A stretch of 64,000 nt of DNA from Sulfurospirillaceae bacterium (GCA_033723415.1 JAWVXD010000009.1:28805-92804), one strand, 5' to 3'. Shown: positions 20,268 to 30,964, numbered from the stretch's first letter. The notes: generated from the letters alone by a model not told the origin. Numbers and translations are program-made.

Positions 20268-21974
20268 TTAGTTTTGCGGTTTATATCCTATGCGAAAACC
20301 TCCCCAGTGTTTTCCATTGATAAATATCGGGGTTGATAGATCGTGCATTATTTCGCCCGTATCTCTAAGATAAGTCTGCAACAGTACATTTTTCTCATGA
20401 CTCCCGCATCTTGAGCCTGTTCGATCGCTAAAAATTCTCTTGCTCCTGTTCCCTACTAAATCTTTTGCATAATCACCGCTCAAAGGTTTTGCAAATGCGT
20501 TATTATGAGTGGGGACATAGCCTTTGGGATCTGTGCAGATTGCATATACTATGTTGGGATTTTTTTCTAATATCCGTTCTTGTATGCTAGGAAGCTTTTT
20601 ATCGCAAAAATTGTCATATCTTGTAGTAAATTTTTGTGGATTTGTATTTGGTATAGGTTGATAATTTGTATCGAAGATATCCTCTTGTTTTATCTCACCT
20701 TGTTTTATTGCATTTTCAAACATCAATCCTATCTCAGCAGATGCGGTACCGGCAACATTAAAAATCTTTTCATGATATGCATCCAGGGCAAATTCGCTTG
20801 CATATTCAAATGCGTTTTCTGAAGCATCCACCAACTCTTTTGTTGCATGAGAAACATGTTTCATCTCATCTGTTTCTGCGTTCAGTTGGTGACTGAATTG
20901 TTCCAGAGAAGAAGATATGGCTTCTAGATCATGATTATTCAGGGAAGCATTTTCTGCTATTTGATTTATCTTCTCTTCTATGGAACGAGATTGTTCTAAA
21001 AAGCCGTTGATATCTTTCACGATCTCTTCAATATTTTGTGTTCCTGAGTTGATCTCTGTCGATAATGTTTGAATTTCCTCAGTCACTATTTGCGTATTGT
21101 TTTGCATATCTGCTATAGAAATGTTCACTTCATGCGTTGCTTTTGATGTTTTTTCTGCAAGATTCCTGACTTCATCGGCTACGACTGCAAACCCTCTCCC
21201 ATGTTCACCTGCACGAGCCGCTTCTATGGCTGCATTTAGTGCTAGAAGATTCGTTTGATCTGCTATCTCGTCTATAACTTCCGTGACTTTTTTGATCTCA
21301 TCCGACTTTTTATTCAGCGAAATCATTTTTTCTGAAGCTTCGGTTACTATATGGTTGATGTTATTCATCTTTGCTATGACACTTTGTAAGTCTTTTTGAC
21401 TTTGAATACTGCCTTCCATGGTTTGGGAAGTAAAAGTCGAGGCTTCTTGTGCATTAGTCGATACGTTTAGTACATTTTGCATGATATTTGATGAATTTGC
21501 AGATATTTGATCTATGACTTTTGCCTTTTCTTCCAGTTGCAAAGTCAGGTTGTCAAGCGAACCTGAGAGTTTTGCAACGTGCAAAGAATTTGTACTGGCA
21601 TCAAGTGAAATATTTTTCGCCATTTCCATTAAGACATCAAGTAGCAAATATGCCTGGTCATAAAAGAATTGAACAAAATGGTTATTTTTCTTTAGGTTGA
21701 AAAACTCAGATTTGTACTTAGTTTGTTCGTCAAAATCTCTAGTCTGAAAATTGTTTAAAAGAACCAAGCTTTGAAGCGTAGGTTTGAATAACAGTATATG
21801 AAATCCAACAGCAGTCATAACAGAACCCAATAAAGAAAAAAACAAGATAAGCGGCAAACGCATAGCGGCTATTTTTGAATACACTAAACTAAATAGTATG
21901 ATCGATATAATAATAAAAGGTATCAATATAACTTTTATGTAAAATGTTAATAATACGGATTTTTCTTTGTTCAT
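20268..21974 (-). CDS. Methyl-accepting chemotaxis protein with extra C-terminal domain
   Basis: Two N-terminal TMs; [31 protein letters not shown]; ~170-aa C-terminal domain ending HWGGFRIGY. Confidence 0.92.
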   Translation of the reverse strand: MNKEKSVLLTFYIKVILIPFIIISIILFSLVYSKIAAMRLPLILFFSLLGSVMTAVGFHILLFKPTLQSLVLLNNFQTRDFDEQTKYKSEFFNLKKNNHFVQFFYDQAYLLLDVLMEMAKNISLDASTNSLHVAKLSGSLDNLTLQLEEKAKVIDQISANSSNIMQNVLNVSTNAQEASTFTSQTMEGSIQSQKDLQSVIAKMNNINHIVTEASEKMISLNKKSDEIKKVTEVIDEIADQTNLLALNAAIEAARAGEHGRGFAVVADEVRNLAEKTSKATHEVNISIADMQNNTQIVTEEIQTLSTEINSGTQNIEEIVKDINGFLEQSRSIEEKINQIAENASLNNHDLEAISSSLEQFSHQLNAETDEMKHVSHATKELVDASENAFEYASEFALDAYHEKIFNVAGTASAEIGLMFENAIKQGEIKQEDIFDTNYQPIPNTNPQKFTTRYDNFCDKKLPSIQERILEKNPNIVYAICTDPKGYVPTHNNAFAKPLSGDYAKDLVGNRSKRIFSDRTGSRCGSHEKNVLLQTYLRDTGEIMHDLSTPIFINGKHWGGFRIGYKPQN

Positions 21975-22130
21975 GCGTGCTCCTTATCGGATGATTATAA
22001 CATAAACATTTCTAAATAAAAGATATAAAAAACGATGATTTAACTGAATATGAAAAAGAAATATAGATTTTGTTTACAATCGAAGCATAAAATGTTTTAT
22101 AATATAACTTTATACTAGAAAGAGAAAATT

Positions 22131-22160
22131 GACTGGGGAGGGATTGTCCTCCCGTCAGTC
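22131..22160 (-). terminator. Intrinsic terminator after ompA-mscS
   Basis: GACTGGGGAGG...CCTCCCGTCAGTC hairpin just past the mscS stop. Confidence 0.65.
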
Positions 22161-22162
22161 TG

Positions 22163-22963
22163 TTATTTTTGGTGTACGTCCATCTGTGGATAAGGAATAG
22201 AGATATTTTTTTCGTCAAAAGTCAATTTGACTTTTTCAGTTATATCAAAAAATACTCCCCAATAATCTCCACTTTTCGTCCAAGCTCTTACAGTGAAATT
22301 TACACTGCTGTTTCCAAGCTCACTAACAGCGATCAGAGAGACGGGGTCTTTGAGTATACGCTCATCTGCATCAATGATCTCTTGAAGTGTTGTCTTGGCT
22401 AGTTTTAGATCATCGTCATATCCGATACCAAAAACAAAATCCACTCTTCTGGTCTCCTTCTTAGAATAGTTGATGATGTTCTTACCGATGATAGCCGAGT
22501 TTGGTATGATTATTTGCTTATTGTCTCCCGTTTTAAGCAGAGTGCTGAAAAGATTGATCTCCTCTACAGTACCGCTAGCTCCTGCTGCATCAATAAAATC
22601 TCCAACATTGAACGGTCGAAAAAAGACCAAAAGAACACCGGCACCGATATTGGACAACGTGCCTTGAAAAGCCAGGCCTACAGCCAAACCTGCGGCTCCT
22701 AAGACTGCTATGAAAGAAGTTGTATTGACTCCAAGATTGCTAAGAGCTGCAAGTATGATAAAGACTAACAAGGCTCCATATATGATATTTGCCATAAAAT
22801 GCACAATTGTTTCGTCGACTTTTGCTTTTTTCATCGCAGTTTTTGAAAATTTTGTTAACGCTTTGGCAACTATTCTACCTATGTAAAATATAAATATCGA
22901 GCCAACAAATTTTAAGCCATAAATACTTAAAATCGTTGTAATCGAGTCAAGATTGAAGTCCAT
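22163..22963 (-). CDS. mscS: Small-conductance mechanosensitive channel
   Basis: GAAGLAVGLAFQGTLSN, RPFNVGD, IPNS, IPYPQ. Confidence 0.93.
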   Translation of the reverse strand: MDFNLDSITTILSIYGLKFVGSIFIFYIGRIVAKALTKFSKTAMKKAKVDETIVHFMANIIYGALLVFIILAALSNLGVNTTSFIAVLGAAGLAVGLAFQGTLSNIGAGVLLVFFRPFNVGDFIDAAGASGTVEEINLFSTLLKTGDNKQIIIPNSAIIGKNIINYSKKETRRVDFVFGIGYDDDLKLAKTTLQEIIDADERILKDPVSLIAVSELGNSSVNFTVRAWTKSGDYWGVFFDITEKVKLTFDEKNISIPYPQMDVHQK

Positions 22964-22965
22964 TG

Positions 22966-24090
22966 TTATTCACCTTTTGTAAATTTTGCATCGACTCTTC
23001 TGTTAAGAGCTCTGCCTTGCGCTGTTTTATTGCTCGCAATTGGATCTGCTTCGCCAAGTCCTTTGGTGATTATCCTATCTGGACTTATACCTAGTTTTTC
23101 TAGTTCCGCTGCTACTGCTTTTGCTCTTTTTTTAGAAAGTGCTAGATTATATTTTTGACTTCCTATAGAGTCTGTATGTCCCTCAAGTGATACTTTATAG
23201 CTTTGATTGATAGACATAAAGTTTGCAACTTTTTCTATCTGTGTCATGTATCTCTCGTCAATAATCGCTTTATTGAATTCAAATGCAACACTAAGATGGA
23301 TTATCTTGACACATCCGTCTGGATTAACGACATTGCCCTTAGGAGTGTTTGGACATGCATCTTTGCTATCTACGACTCCGTCATGATCACTGTCCAGTTC
23401 GCAACCTTTTTGATCTACTTTTACACCCATAGGGGTATTTGGACACAGATCTTGGTTATTGTTCACACCGTCTTTGTCATCATCCAAAACAACAACAGGG
23501 GCAGGTGCTTTTTTGGGTTCTGGTTTTGCGATTGGCTTAGCTATAGGTTCAGGCTTATAAGCTGCCACCGGTTCTGCTTTTTTGCCAAAAGGTATACTAA
23601 ATCCTACACTGTAAAACAGATTATTGTCTCCATGGCTGAATTTGATGGCATGCCTTAGTTCCGCTCTTAGAGAAAAACCGTCATTTACCATATATTTCAA
23701 CCCAAGACCATAATTGAAAAATCCGCTGTCCGTATTGTCTGCAAAATGGTTTTGCATATTTTCATATCCAAAGCCGAGAAGTGAGTACAGAGATAGATTT
23801 GATCTTAAAGGATAATATTTGAGTACATTCACAAAATATCTGTCTATGTCTGTACTTAGTGTCGAGTTTTTATAGTCTACGCTGTTTGATCTTTCATATC
23901 CTAGTTCTACCTGATCAATGATAGACTTATCAATATTTATACCGAATCTCAATCCATAACTTAAATGGTCTTTTAAATCCAGATTCCCTTCAGGAACGAC
24001 TCCGCCGATCATAGGCGTGATCTCATATTTATAGTTTCCTGCAAATGCTAGAGTACTAATAAGCATTAGCGACATTACTAATCTTTTCAT
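22966..24090 (-). CDS. OmpA-family outer membrane protein (CadF/OprF-like) with Pro-rich linker and TSP3-like repeats
   Basis: N-terminal beta-barrel, KPEPIAKP linker, DDDKDGV/DSDHDGV-CPNTP repeats, EGHTDSIG and NRRV OmpA domain. Confidence 0.88.
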   Translation of the reverse strand: MKRLVMSLMLISTLAFAGNYKYEITPMIGGVVPEGNLDLKDHLSYGLRFGINIDKSIIDQVELGYERSNSVDYKNSTLSTDIDRYFVNVLKYYPLRSNLSLYSLLGFGYENMQNHFADNTDSGFFNYGLGLKYMVNDGFSLRAELRHAIKFSHGDNNLFYSVGFSIPFGKKAEPVAAYKPEPIAKPIAKPEPKKAPAPVVVLDDDKDGVNNNQDLCPNTPMGVKVDQKGCELDSDHDGVVDSKDACPNTPKGNVVNPDGCVKIIHLSVAFEFNKAIIDERYMTQIEKVANFMSINQSYKVSLEGHTDSIGSQKYNLALSKKRAKAVAAELEKLGISPDRIITKGLGEADPIASNKTAQGRALNRRVDAKFTKGE

Positions 24091-24154
24091 GATGTCCTCC
24101 TTATTTAAGTTGTTAAGTAATGATTATATCACATTTTGTGTTTCATGTCTGTGT

Positions 24155-24628
24155 TTATTTGGAGATCAAATCCGCGAAAGTTATATCAAATAGTTTTTCC
24201 AGATCTTTAGGATCTATGTGTAGTTGTTGACCTCTTACACCGGCACTTAGAAAAATTTTCTCATGTTCTTGAGCACTTTTATCCATAAAGGTTCTAAACT
24301 GTTTTTTCATACCGATCACTGAACATCCGCCTCTCACATATCCTGTAGTTTTCAAAAGATCCTTCAAGGGGAGCATCGTACATCTTTTACATTTTGCAGA
24401 CTTTGCCAACTTTTTTAGATCTAGCTCATCATCACCGGGTATGCAGGCGACCAGGGGGATATTGTTTTCATCCAAAAGCAGCAATGTCTTAAATATATTT
24501 TTTGCATCTATGTTCAAGATCTCCGCTACATGAGCAGCGCTTAGATCGTCCTCGTCTACTTTGTATTCATGTAACTCATAGGGTATCTTATGTTTGTCCA
24601 ATATCCTTGCGGCGTTTGTCTTTTTCAT
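24155..24628 (-). CDS. ybaK: Cys-tRNA(Pro) deacylase
   Basis: KTNAARILD, IFKTL, LDLKKLAK, TGYVRGGCS, SAGVRG. Confidence 0.93.
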   Translation of the reverse strand: MKKTNAARILDKHKIPYELHEYKVDEDDLSAAHVAEILNIDAKNIFKTLLLLDENNIPLVACIPGDDELDLKKLAKSAKCKRCTMLPLKDLLKTTGYVRGGCSVIGMKKQFRTFMDKSAQEHEKIFLSAGVRGQQLHIDPKDLEKLFDITFADLISK

Positions 24629-26418
24629 GGTCTTTGTCTTAGCTCTTTTGCTTTTTGTATAAATTCATCTCCGTACTTCTCGAGTTTTGACGGTCCAACG
24701 CCATTGATCTGCAAAAAACTATCTTTATCATTCGGCAGTTTTTGAGCCATCTCTTTTAGTGTTGCATCTGAAAATACTATATAGGCAGGAACTCCTGCTT
24801 TGGCTGCTATTTGTGATCTAAGAGTTCTAAGCGCATCAAAGTTATCATCTTTTAGTGCAACTTTATTGCTCAGTGCTATCTTCTCTTCTTTTTCAAATAT
24901 CTCTGCTTTGGCAGATATCTCGACATTTCCTCTCAAAAGTTCGCTTCCGTAAGCTGTGATAAGAAGCTCTTTGAACTCTCCTCTTTTTATAGCATCCTTT
25001 TCAAAAAGCTTGTCTATGAGTAGTTCCCAGCTGTGTTTGTCAAGTTTGCTCCCTATGCCGTATACACTTAGCTTGTCATGATGATTGTCAAGTATTTTTT
25101 TGCCTCTGCTGCCTCGTAATATATCTATGATATAAGTCTGTCCGAAACTTTGATTCGTGCGGTAAATCGCAGAGAGCAGCATCCTCGCTTCACGCGTTAC
25201 GTCTACTTCTTCTTGTTTTTCTTTTGCACAGTTGTCACATGAGCGTTCGCATTCATCCATATCTTCTTCAAAGTAATTTACAAGCATCTTGTGCCTGCAA
25301 TCTGTTGCATTTGCATAGCGGTATAGCTTTTCTATTTTCTCTTTTGCCAGATTTTTATATCTCTCATCATCTATGTTGTTCATCAACTCGCTTTTTTTGA
25401 TGACATCACTCATAGAGTAAAGCAGCAGACATTCACTTTGCAGTCCGTCTCTTCCTGCCCGTCCTATCTCTTGATAATAACCTTCTATGCTTTTTGGAAG
25501 ATCCATATGCACGACAAATCTGACATTGCTTTTGTCTATGCCCATCCCAAATGCGATGGTAGCTACGATGATCTTAGTCTCGTCTTTTATAAATGAACTC
25601 TGTATCTCTTTTCTAAGCTCACTTTTCAATCCTGCATGATATGCCTTGGCTTTAAATTTTTTGGATTGCAAAAATGATGCCAGATCGGCACACTCTTTTC
25701 TTGTAAACGTATATATGATGCCGCTTTCTTTGTTGTATGCTTCCAAAAATTTTATGAGCTCCACTCTTCCGTTGCCTTTTCGTTTTTTGACATTTAGTAC
25801 TAGATTGTCTCTAAAAAAGCTTCCTTTCAGCACGGTTGGATCGTTTAGTTTGAGTGATTTGACGATGTCTTTTGCTACCATATCTGTAGCGGTTGCCGTA
25901 AATGCTGCGATAGGGATATGCGGAAACTCAGCTTTTAGATAGTGTAGCTTTCGATAATCAGGCCTAAACTCATGTCCCCATTCACTGACGCAATGTGCCT
26001 CGTCTATGACGATAAAGCTGACATCTATCTGATGAAGTAGATTTTTGAAACTTTCCATAACGGCTCTCTCAGGGGAGACGTATAAAAGTGAAATTTCCTT
26101 GTTGTTTATCTTCCTGTAGACTTCTTGTATCTCATTTGCATCTAGTTCACTTGTCAGTTTATCTGCTTTGATGTTGTTGTCGGTGAGATTTATGATCTGG
26201 TCATTTATGAGGGCTATCAATGGAGAAATTACTATAGCTATCTTGTCTTTAAAAGATATAGCAGGGAGTTGATAGCACAGTGATTTTCCACCGCCTGTCG
26301 GTAAGATCGTCAGTAGATCTCTCTTTGCGAGGATCGCTTCTATACTCTCTCTTTGCAAAGGTTTAAATGTGTTGTAGCCAAAAATTTTATGTAATATCTG
26401 TTTGATTTTTATCTCCAA
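24625..26418 (-). CDS. recQ: ATP-dependent DNA helicase RecQ
   Basis: PTGGGKSLCYQLP, DEAHCVSEWGHEFRPDY, QEIGRAGRDG, Zn-binding Cys, RQC and HRDC domains. Confidence 0.97.
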   Translation of the reverse strand: MEIKIKQILHKIFGYNTFKPLQRESIEAILAKRDLLTILPTGGGKSLCYQLPAISFKDKIAIVISPLIALINDQIINLTDNNIKADKLTSELDANEIQEVYRKINNKEISLLYVSPERAVMESFKNLLHQIDVSFIVIDEAHCVSEWGHEFRPDYRKLHYLKAEFPHIPIAAFTATATDMVAKDIVKSLKLNDPTVLKGSFFRDNLVLNVKKRKGNGRVELIKFLEAYNKESGIIYTFTRKECADLASFLQSKKFKAKAYHAGLKSELRKEIQSSFIKDETKIIVATIAFGMGIDKSNVRFVVHMDLPKSIEGYYQEIGRAGRDGLQSECLLLYSMSDVIKKSELMNNIDDERYKNLAKEKIEKLYRYANATDCRHKMLVNYFEEDMDECERSCDNCAKEKQEEVDVTREARMLLSAIYRTNQSFGQTYIIDILRGSRGKKILDNHHDKLSVYGIGSKLDKHSWELLIDKLFEKDAIKRGEFKELLITAYGSELLRGNVEISAKAEIFEKEEKIALSNKVALKDDNFDALRTLRSQIAAKAGVPAYIVFSDATLKEMAQKLPNDKDSFLQINGVGPSKLEKYGDEFIQKAKELRQRP

Positions 26419-26530
26419 GCCTGTGAAATTATAACTATTATAGCATTTTAACTTTTCATTTTCATTTCATTTTAGATGTTTATAATTCAAAAATGTCTAT
26501 AATGTAAAGACTATAAATATAAGGAAAACA

Positions 26531-26959
26531 ATGAACAAAACTAAAATCTTCTTATTAATCGTTGTCTTGGCCGTGTTGATTCAGTTTATACCTTACGGAA
26601 AAGATCATGTAAATCCGCAAGTCGTAAGCTCACCAAAATGGGATAGCCCAAAAACTAAACAGCTGTTTGATAACACTTGTGCCGATTGTCATAGTTTTGA
26701 GACAAAGTGGCCTTGGTACAGTAAAATAGCTCCAGTCTCTTGGTTAGTTTACAGTGATGTTCAAGAAGGTCGTGAACATTTTAATGTTTCAGCTTGGGGC
26801 GTACAAAAGAAAAACAAAGGTGATGAAGCAGCAAAAGCGGTAGAAGAGGGTGATATGCCGATGTTTATCTATCCTTGGATGCATCCAAAAGCCAGACTAT
26901 CCGACCAAGATAAAAAAGATCTTATCTCAGGATTAAAAGCAACTTTCGGAGAAAAATAA
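26531..26959 (+). CDS. Haem-binding domain protein (c-type cytochrome, Haem_bd)
   Basis: N-terminal TM, CADCHS, WPWYSKIAPVSW, MP distal ligand. Confidence 0.88.
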   Translation: MNKTKIFLLIVVLAVLIQFIPYGKDHVNPQVVSSPKWDSPKTKQLFDNTCADCHSFETKWPWYSKIAPVSWLVYSDVQEGREHFNVSAWGVQKKNKGDEAAKAVEEGDMPMFIYPWMHPKARLSDQDKKDLISGLKATFGEK

Positions 26960-26971
26960 AATATCTTCGGT

Positions 26972-27005
26972 GATGGGAAAGCATGTTCTTGCTTTCCCAT
27001 CTTTT
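26972..27005 (+). terminator. Intrinsic terminator
   Basis: GATGGGAAAGCA-N6-TGCTTTCCCATC followed by TTTT. Confidence 0.8.
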
Positions 27006-27013
27006 ATACCGCA

Positions 27014-27028
27014 CTGTCCCTGAGATTC
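27014..27028. repeat. Partial right arm of the island palindromic element (left edge of island)
   Basis: CTGTCCCTGAGATTC resembles CTGTCACCGGAATT and CTGTACCCGAAATTC in other copies. Confidence 0.4.
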
Positions 27029-27214
27029 TATGTACTTTCAACATTATTTTCGCATACTTTAATGCATATTTTTTAGTTTATTCCAAGCTGTTTTACATAT
27101 AATAATAGTGTTCTAGCGCAGAAGTGACCGTGCCTGCGAGAATAGGAAATCTCTTGCAGAGTTTCCTTAACCGTGTAAAATTGCGATGGAGTACTGAGAG
27201 CTTAAAGGGAAAGA

Positions 27215-28015
27215 ATGGAATGTAAACGCATAAAAACAGTATATTTTTCACCAACAAGAACAACAAAAAAAGTCTTAGAAAGTATCGCCTATGGAATCGG
27301 TGCTGATGAGGTTGAGGATTTTGATTTGACATATCCCCTAAACACTCAGCAAACAATCGCAACATCTTCAGATGAAATTGTTATTTTCGGAGCACCTGTA
27401 TATGCCGGTCGTTTGCCTGTTGAAGCAGTCCGGCGTTTTAAACAATTAAGAGCAAACAATACCTTGGCTATTATCGTAGTCGTGTATGGAAATAGAGAAT
27501 TTGAAGATGCCTTGTTAGAGTTAAAAAATCTAGTGATCGAATTAGGATTTACTCCTATCGCAGGAGGTGCTTTTATAGGAGAACACTCATACTCAACAGA
27601 TGAAACTCCTATCGCTAAGGGAAGACCGGATCGTTTGGATATTCAAAATACAATGGAATTTAGTCTAAAGATAAAAGAAAAAATCAAAACTTTATCAACA
27701 CCTCAAATGCAAATTGATTTAGAAATTCCCGGTAATTTCCCATATAAAGATGCAATGCCGCCTAACAAAGTTGCTCCGGTAACAGATAAAAATCTTTGTA
27801 ATGAATGCGGTATGTGTATTGATCTTTGTCCGATGGAAGCTATTTTTCTTGAAGAGCATATCAAAACAAATGCTGAATTATGTATTCGTTGTTGTGCTTG
27901 TATCAAGAATTGTCCTAATGAAGCCAAAGTGATTGAAGATAGTGCGTGGAAAGCGATAGGTGCTAGATTAAACGCAAATTGTAGCACACGGAAAGAACCA
28001 CAATTTTTTCTATAA
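27215..28015 (+). CDS. EFR1-family flavodoxin-fold/4Fe-4S ferredoxin protein
   Basis: YFSPTRTT, PVYAGR, YGNREFEDALLEL, CNECGMCIDLCP, CIRCCACIKNCP. Confidence 0.85.
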   Translation: MECKRIKTVYFSPTRTTKKVLESIAYGIGADEVEDFDLTYPLNTQQTIATSSDEIVIFGAPVYAGRLPVEAVRRFKQLRANNTLAIIVVVYGNREFEDALLELKNLVIELGFTPIAGGAFIGEHSYSTDETPIAKGRPDRLDIQNTMEFSLKIKEKIKTLSTPQMQIDLEIPGNFPYKDAMPPNKVAPVTDKNLCNECGMCIDLCPMEAIFLEEHIKTNAELCIRCCACIKNCPNEAKVIEDSAWKAIGARLNANCSTRKEPQFFL

Positions 28016-28079
28016 AGTTTCTAATCTTCGGGATTGGTAGATGATTAGAAATATTGTTTTATGAAATTCTCAAGCCGGC

Positions 28080-28613
28080 TTATTCTTTCTCATCCATAAG
28101 GCGTTGATACTCTTTTTCCATGACGATATCCTGAGTGCTTTCAATGCGATCAAGAAAAACGGTAGCGATGAGGTGGTCGTATTCATGTTGAAAAAGACGC
28201 GCTAAAAAATCTTTGAAAATCGCATGTTGTTCTTTTCCTTGCCTGTCAAAATAGCTGACTTCTACTTGTGTATGTCTTGGAACGCGCGCGCGAATACCGG
28301 GCAAACTCAAACACCCCTCCCAATCTTTCACGCTTTTCTCTGAGACTGATATGATGCGAGGGTTGATCAGTGCGGTTGGCTCCATCATCGGGGCATGCGG
28401 ATAGCGTTTATTTGGAGAAGAAGCCATGATGATAATACACAAAGATTGCCCGACTTGCGGTGCGGCAATGCCCATGCCTTTAGACTCTTTACAAGTAAAG
28501 ATCATATCGTCTATCAATGCTTGTGTTTGGAGCGCATGAATGTCGCTCACCTTTTGCGCGATGGTGCGTATAACAGGAGCACCAAGTTGCGATATATTTA
28601 AAATTTGAGGCAT
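28080..28613 (-). CDS. def: Peptide deformylase
   Basis: GMGIAAPQ, EGCLS, QHEYDH. Confidence 0.95.
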   Translation of the reverse strand: MPQILNISQLGAPVIRTIAQKVSDIHALQTQALIDDMIFTCKESKGMGIAAPQVGQSLCIIIMASSPNKRYPHAPMMEPTALINPRIISVSEKSVKDWEGCLSLPGIRARVPRHTQVEVSYFDRQGKEQHAIFKDFLARLFQHEYDHLIATVFLDRIESTQDIVMEKEYQRLMDEKE

Positions 28614-28684
28614 CCGGTATTCCTTTGATCTTTCATTTTGTCATCATATTATGATTTATAACACTATATCGCATATAAACTTAT

Positions 28685-29263
28685 TTATAAAAGATGTTTT
28701 ATAAGCATCTTCTCTTCTTCGACTGAGAGATAACGCCACTTGCCGATTTCAATGTCCAGCTTAAAGCTGCCTATGCTAACTCTTTTTAAATCTAAAACCT
28801 TTAAGGGTGTGCCAAATTTTGGGTCTTTGAGTGCTCCGAAAAGTCGGCGTATATGACGATTTTTCCCCTCGTCGATTATGACTCTTAGTTTTGTTTTCGC
28901 ACCGCCCGTGCTTATCTTTTGTACTTCAAGAGCTTTGAGCAGACCGTGTGGGCTTTGCACTCCATGTAAAGCCTCTGCGATAAGTTCATCGCTCACATGA
29001 CCTCTGACCCAGATCTCGTAAACTTTCATGCAATTGCCTGGTTTGGTCAAAGCATCTCCGATTTTGCCCTCAGTTGTAAAGAGTAAAAGCCCTTTAGATT
29101 CTAGATCAAGACGTCCGATAGGCATCCATCCCTCGTTAAAGGCCCACTCAGGCAAAAGATCATAGACTGTTTTTCTCCCAAGTTCATCAGAACGTGTGAC
29201 CACGTAACCTTTGGGCTTATTGAGGACTAACAGTTTTTTTGAATCTTTTGTTGTTCTGTTCAT
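28685..29263 (-). CDS. RsuA/RluE-family pseudouridine synthase without S4 domain
   Basis: NKPKGYV, GRLD catalytic Asp, EGKNRHIRR. Confidence 0.88.
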   Translation of the reverse strand: MNRTTKDSKKLLVLNKPKGYVVTRSDELGRKTVYDLLPEWAFNEGWMPIGRLDLESKGLLLFTTEGKIGDALTKPGNCMKVYEIWVRGHVSDELIAEALHGVQSPHGLLKALEVQKISTGGAKTKLRVIIDEGKNRHIRRLFGALKDPKFGTPLKVLDLKRVSIGSFKLDIEIGKWRYLSVEEEKMLIKHLL

Positions 29264-29402
29264 CAGAAGTATTCCTTAGGTGTTCACAGTCAGAACTATG
29301 TTTAAGAACATTATATATGGCAGAGCTTGGATCTAGCTAAATAAATGGAGATAATTAGACACTTTATCTACTAAATTTTGGAATTTCTACACAGAATTTT
29401 TT

Positions 29403-30122
29403 TTAGTAGATCCACGGTATCAAACGATAGCGTACACGCTGCGTATAATCCAGATATCCGGATAACTCTTCCTTAAGTGTTCGGTCTTCTAAAGCAGTTC
29501 TGATCACGGATATTATAAGCGCCACTATGGCAGGGATGAGCACCCACACCGAGCTAAATGCTAACATCATGCCAGGAAGTGCCAGCAGATTTCCTGCATA
29601 ACCTGGATGTCGTACGAGCCGATAAGGACCGCTATCGCAGAGTGAATGTCCCCGATCCGTTTGGATATGCACAGTAGAGGAGAAAAAACGGTTCTCTACT
29701 AAAGCCCAGGAGGCAAATGCGTACCCCAGTGCGATGATAACAAGACCTAAGATGTTCAGCCAAGTAGAGAACTGAGGTGTCCACTCATAGCGGTGATCAA
29801 GTCCTGCAACGATAACAATGGGAAATGTGAGACTAATCGCCATAAGCGGAGAAAGCACCTTGTCCCATGGTTTTGCATTGAGCGTTTTTTCCGAGGTAAA
29901 CCGTTCTACCAAAATTCCCGGATGCCGTTTTTCTGCCAAGAAACGTCCGCCTATACCTGCTGCAAATATCAGCACTAAATATACCCAAGCCTGCCACCAG
30001 AGTAAATCTCCTCCGCAAACAAGTAAAAGTAGAGGGATGAAAAGATACGTGAAAGACAAAGCTAACCAAAGGCTAGGACTTGGGGATTGAGATATATTTG
30101 GATCAACGGTTTTTGGTGTCAT
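29403..30122 (-). CDS. Isoprenylcysteine carboxyl methyltransferase / PEMT-family membrane protein
   Basis: ENRFFS, GPYRLVRHPGYAG, EDRTL, RYRLIP. Confidence 0.88.
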   Translation of the reverse strand: MTPKTVDPNISQSPSPSLWLALSFTYLFIPLLLLVCGGDLLWWQAWVYLVLIFAAGIGGRFLAEKRHPGILVERFTSEKTLNAKPWDKVLSPLMAISLTFPIVIVAGLDHRYEWTPQFSTWLNILGLVIIALGYAFASWALVENRFFSSTVHIQTDRGHSLCDSGPYRLVRHPGYAGNLLALPGMMLAFSSVWVLIPAIVALIISVIRTALEDRTLKEELSGYLDYTQRVRYRLIPWIY

Positions 30123-30144
30123 CTTTTACTCCTAAACAAAGTCG

Positions 30145-30239
30145 TAATCTCAATGAATGGCTATCTTAACAAGCTCATTGCAAGTAAAAAAGCTTGGGCT
30201 TAGTGATTACAACAATTTGGTAAACTGTCATCGTAATTC
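30145..30239. repeat. Palindromic island element, degenerate copy
   Basis: Right arm TTGGTAAACTGTCATCGTAATTC matches TAGGTAAACTGTC at 34978 and ends 6 bp from the LOG stop; left arm weak. Confidence 0.55.
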
Positions 30240-30245
30240 TCGTTC

Positions 30246-30803
30246 TTACCATTTCTCTTTTGGTGGGATATACTCTTGGATAGCTTTCAATAGTTTTTCT
30301 TGGTCATTAGTTCTGATCAACATATCAGAATACTCTTGTTTTAAAAATTTTGCATCACACATAGTATCTATCATCTCAAATAGCTTATCATAAAATCCAT
30401 TTACATTGAAAAAAGCGCAAGCTTTCGTATGAAATCCAAGTTGTGCCCAGGTCCAAACCTCAAAAATCTCTTCTAAAGTTCCGGCACCTCCTGGAAGTAC
30501 GACAAAAGCATCAGCTAACTCTGCCATTACCGCTTTTCTCTCATGCATATCTGCAACTATTTTTAAATCAGTTATTCCGTCATGAGCTAACTCTTTTTCT
30601 TGTAATTTTTCAGGAATCACTCCATAAACTTTTCCACCGTTTTTCATCACAGAATCTGCAAGTGTCCCCATAAGTCCAACTTTTCCACCACCATAAACTA
30701 CATCCACATTATTTTGTGCAAAAAATTTACCTAGTTGTTCTGTGGCATTGGTATACTTTATATCATCTCCGCTGCTTGATCCACAAAAAACTGCAATTTT
30801 CAT
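30246..30803 (-). CDS. LOG-family (TIGR00730) nucleotide phosphoribohydrolase
   Basis: VFCGSS, VYGGG, GLMG, MHERK, PGGAGTLEE; ATG at 30803. Confidence 0.92.
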   Translation of the reverse strand: MKIAVFCGSSSGDDIKYTNATEQLGKFFAQNNVDVVYGGGKVGLMGTLADSVMKNGGKVYGVIPEKLQEKELAHDGITDLKIVADMHERKAVMAELADAFVVLPGGAGTLEEIFEVWTWAQLGFHTKACAFFNVNGFYDKLFEMIDTMCDAKFLKQEYSDMLIRTNDQEKLLKAIQEYIPPKEKW

Positions 30804-30884
30804 AAGTATATTTCCTTTTATCCTTTGAATCGGTTGAATAAAGATTTTATCTAATTTCAACTACTGTACAAATTAAAATAAATG

Positions 30885-30964
30885 GAACTCCAAGGACAGT
30901 ATACTTAGCTCTGGATTCTTCATCTATAACGATTTTTTAGTTAGCTATCCTGTACCCGAAATTC
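30885..30964. repeat. Palindromic island element, full copy
   Basis: GAACTCCAAGGACAGTATACTTAG...ATAACGATTTTTTAGTTAGCTATCCTGTACCCGAAATTC; close direct repeat of 31641-31718. Confidence 0.85.

Noticed and set aside
26968..27005. GGTGATGG as the start of a fluoride riboswitch
   Set aside because: It forms a simple terminator hairpin with a T-tract right after a stop codon.
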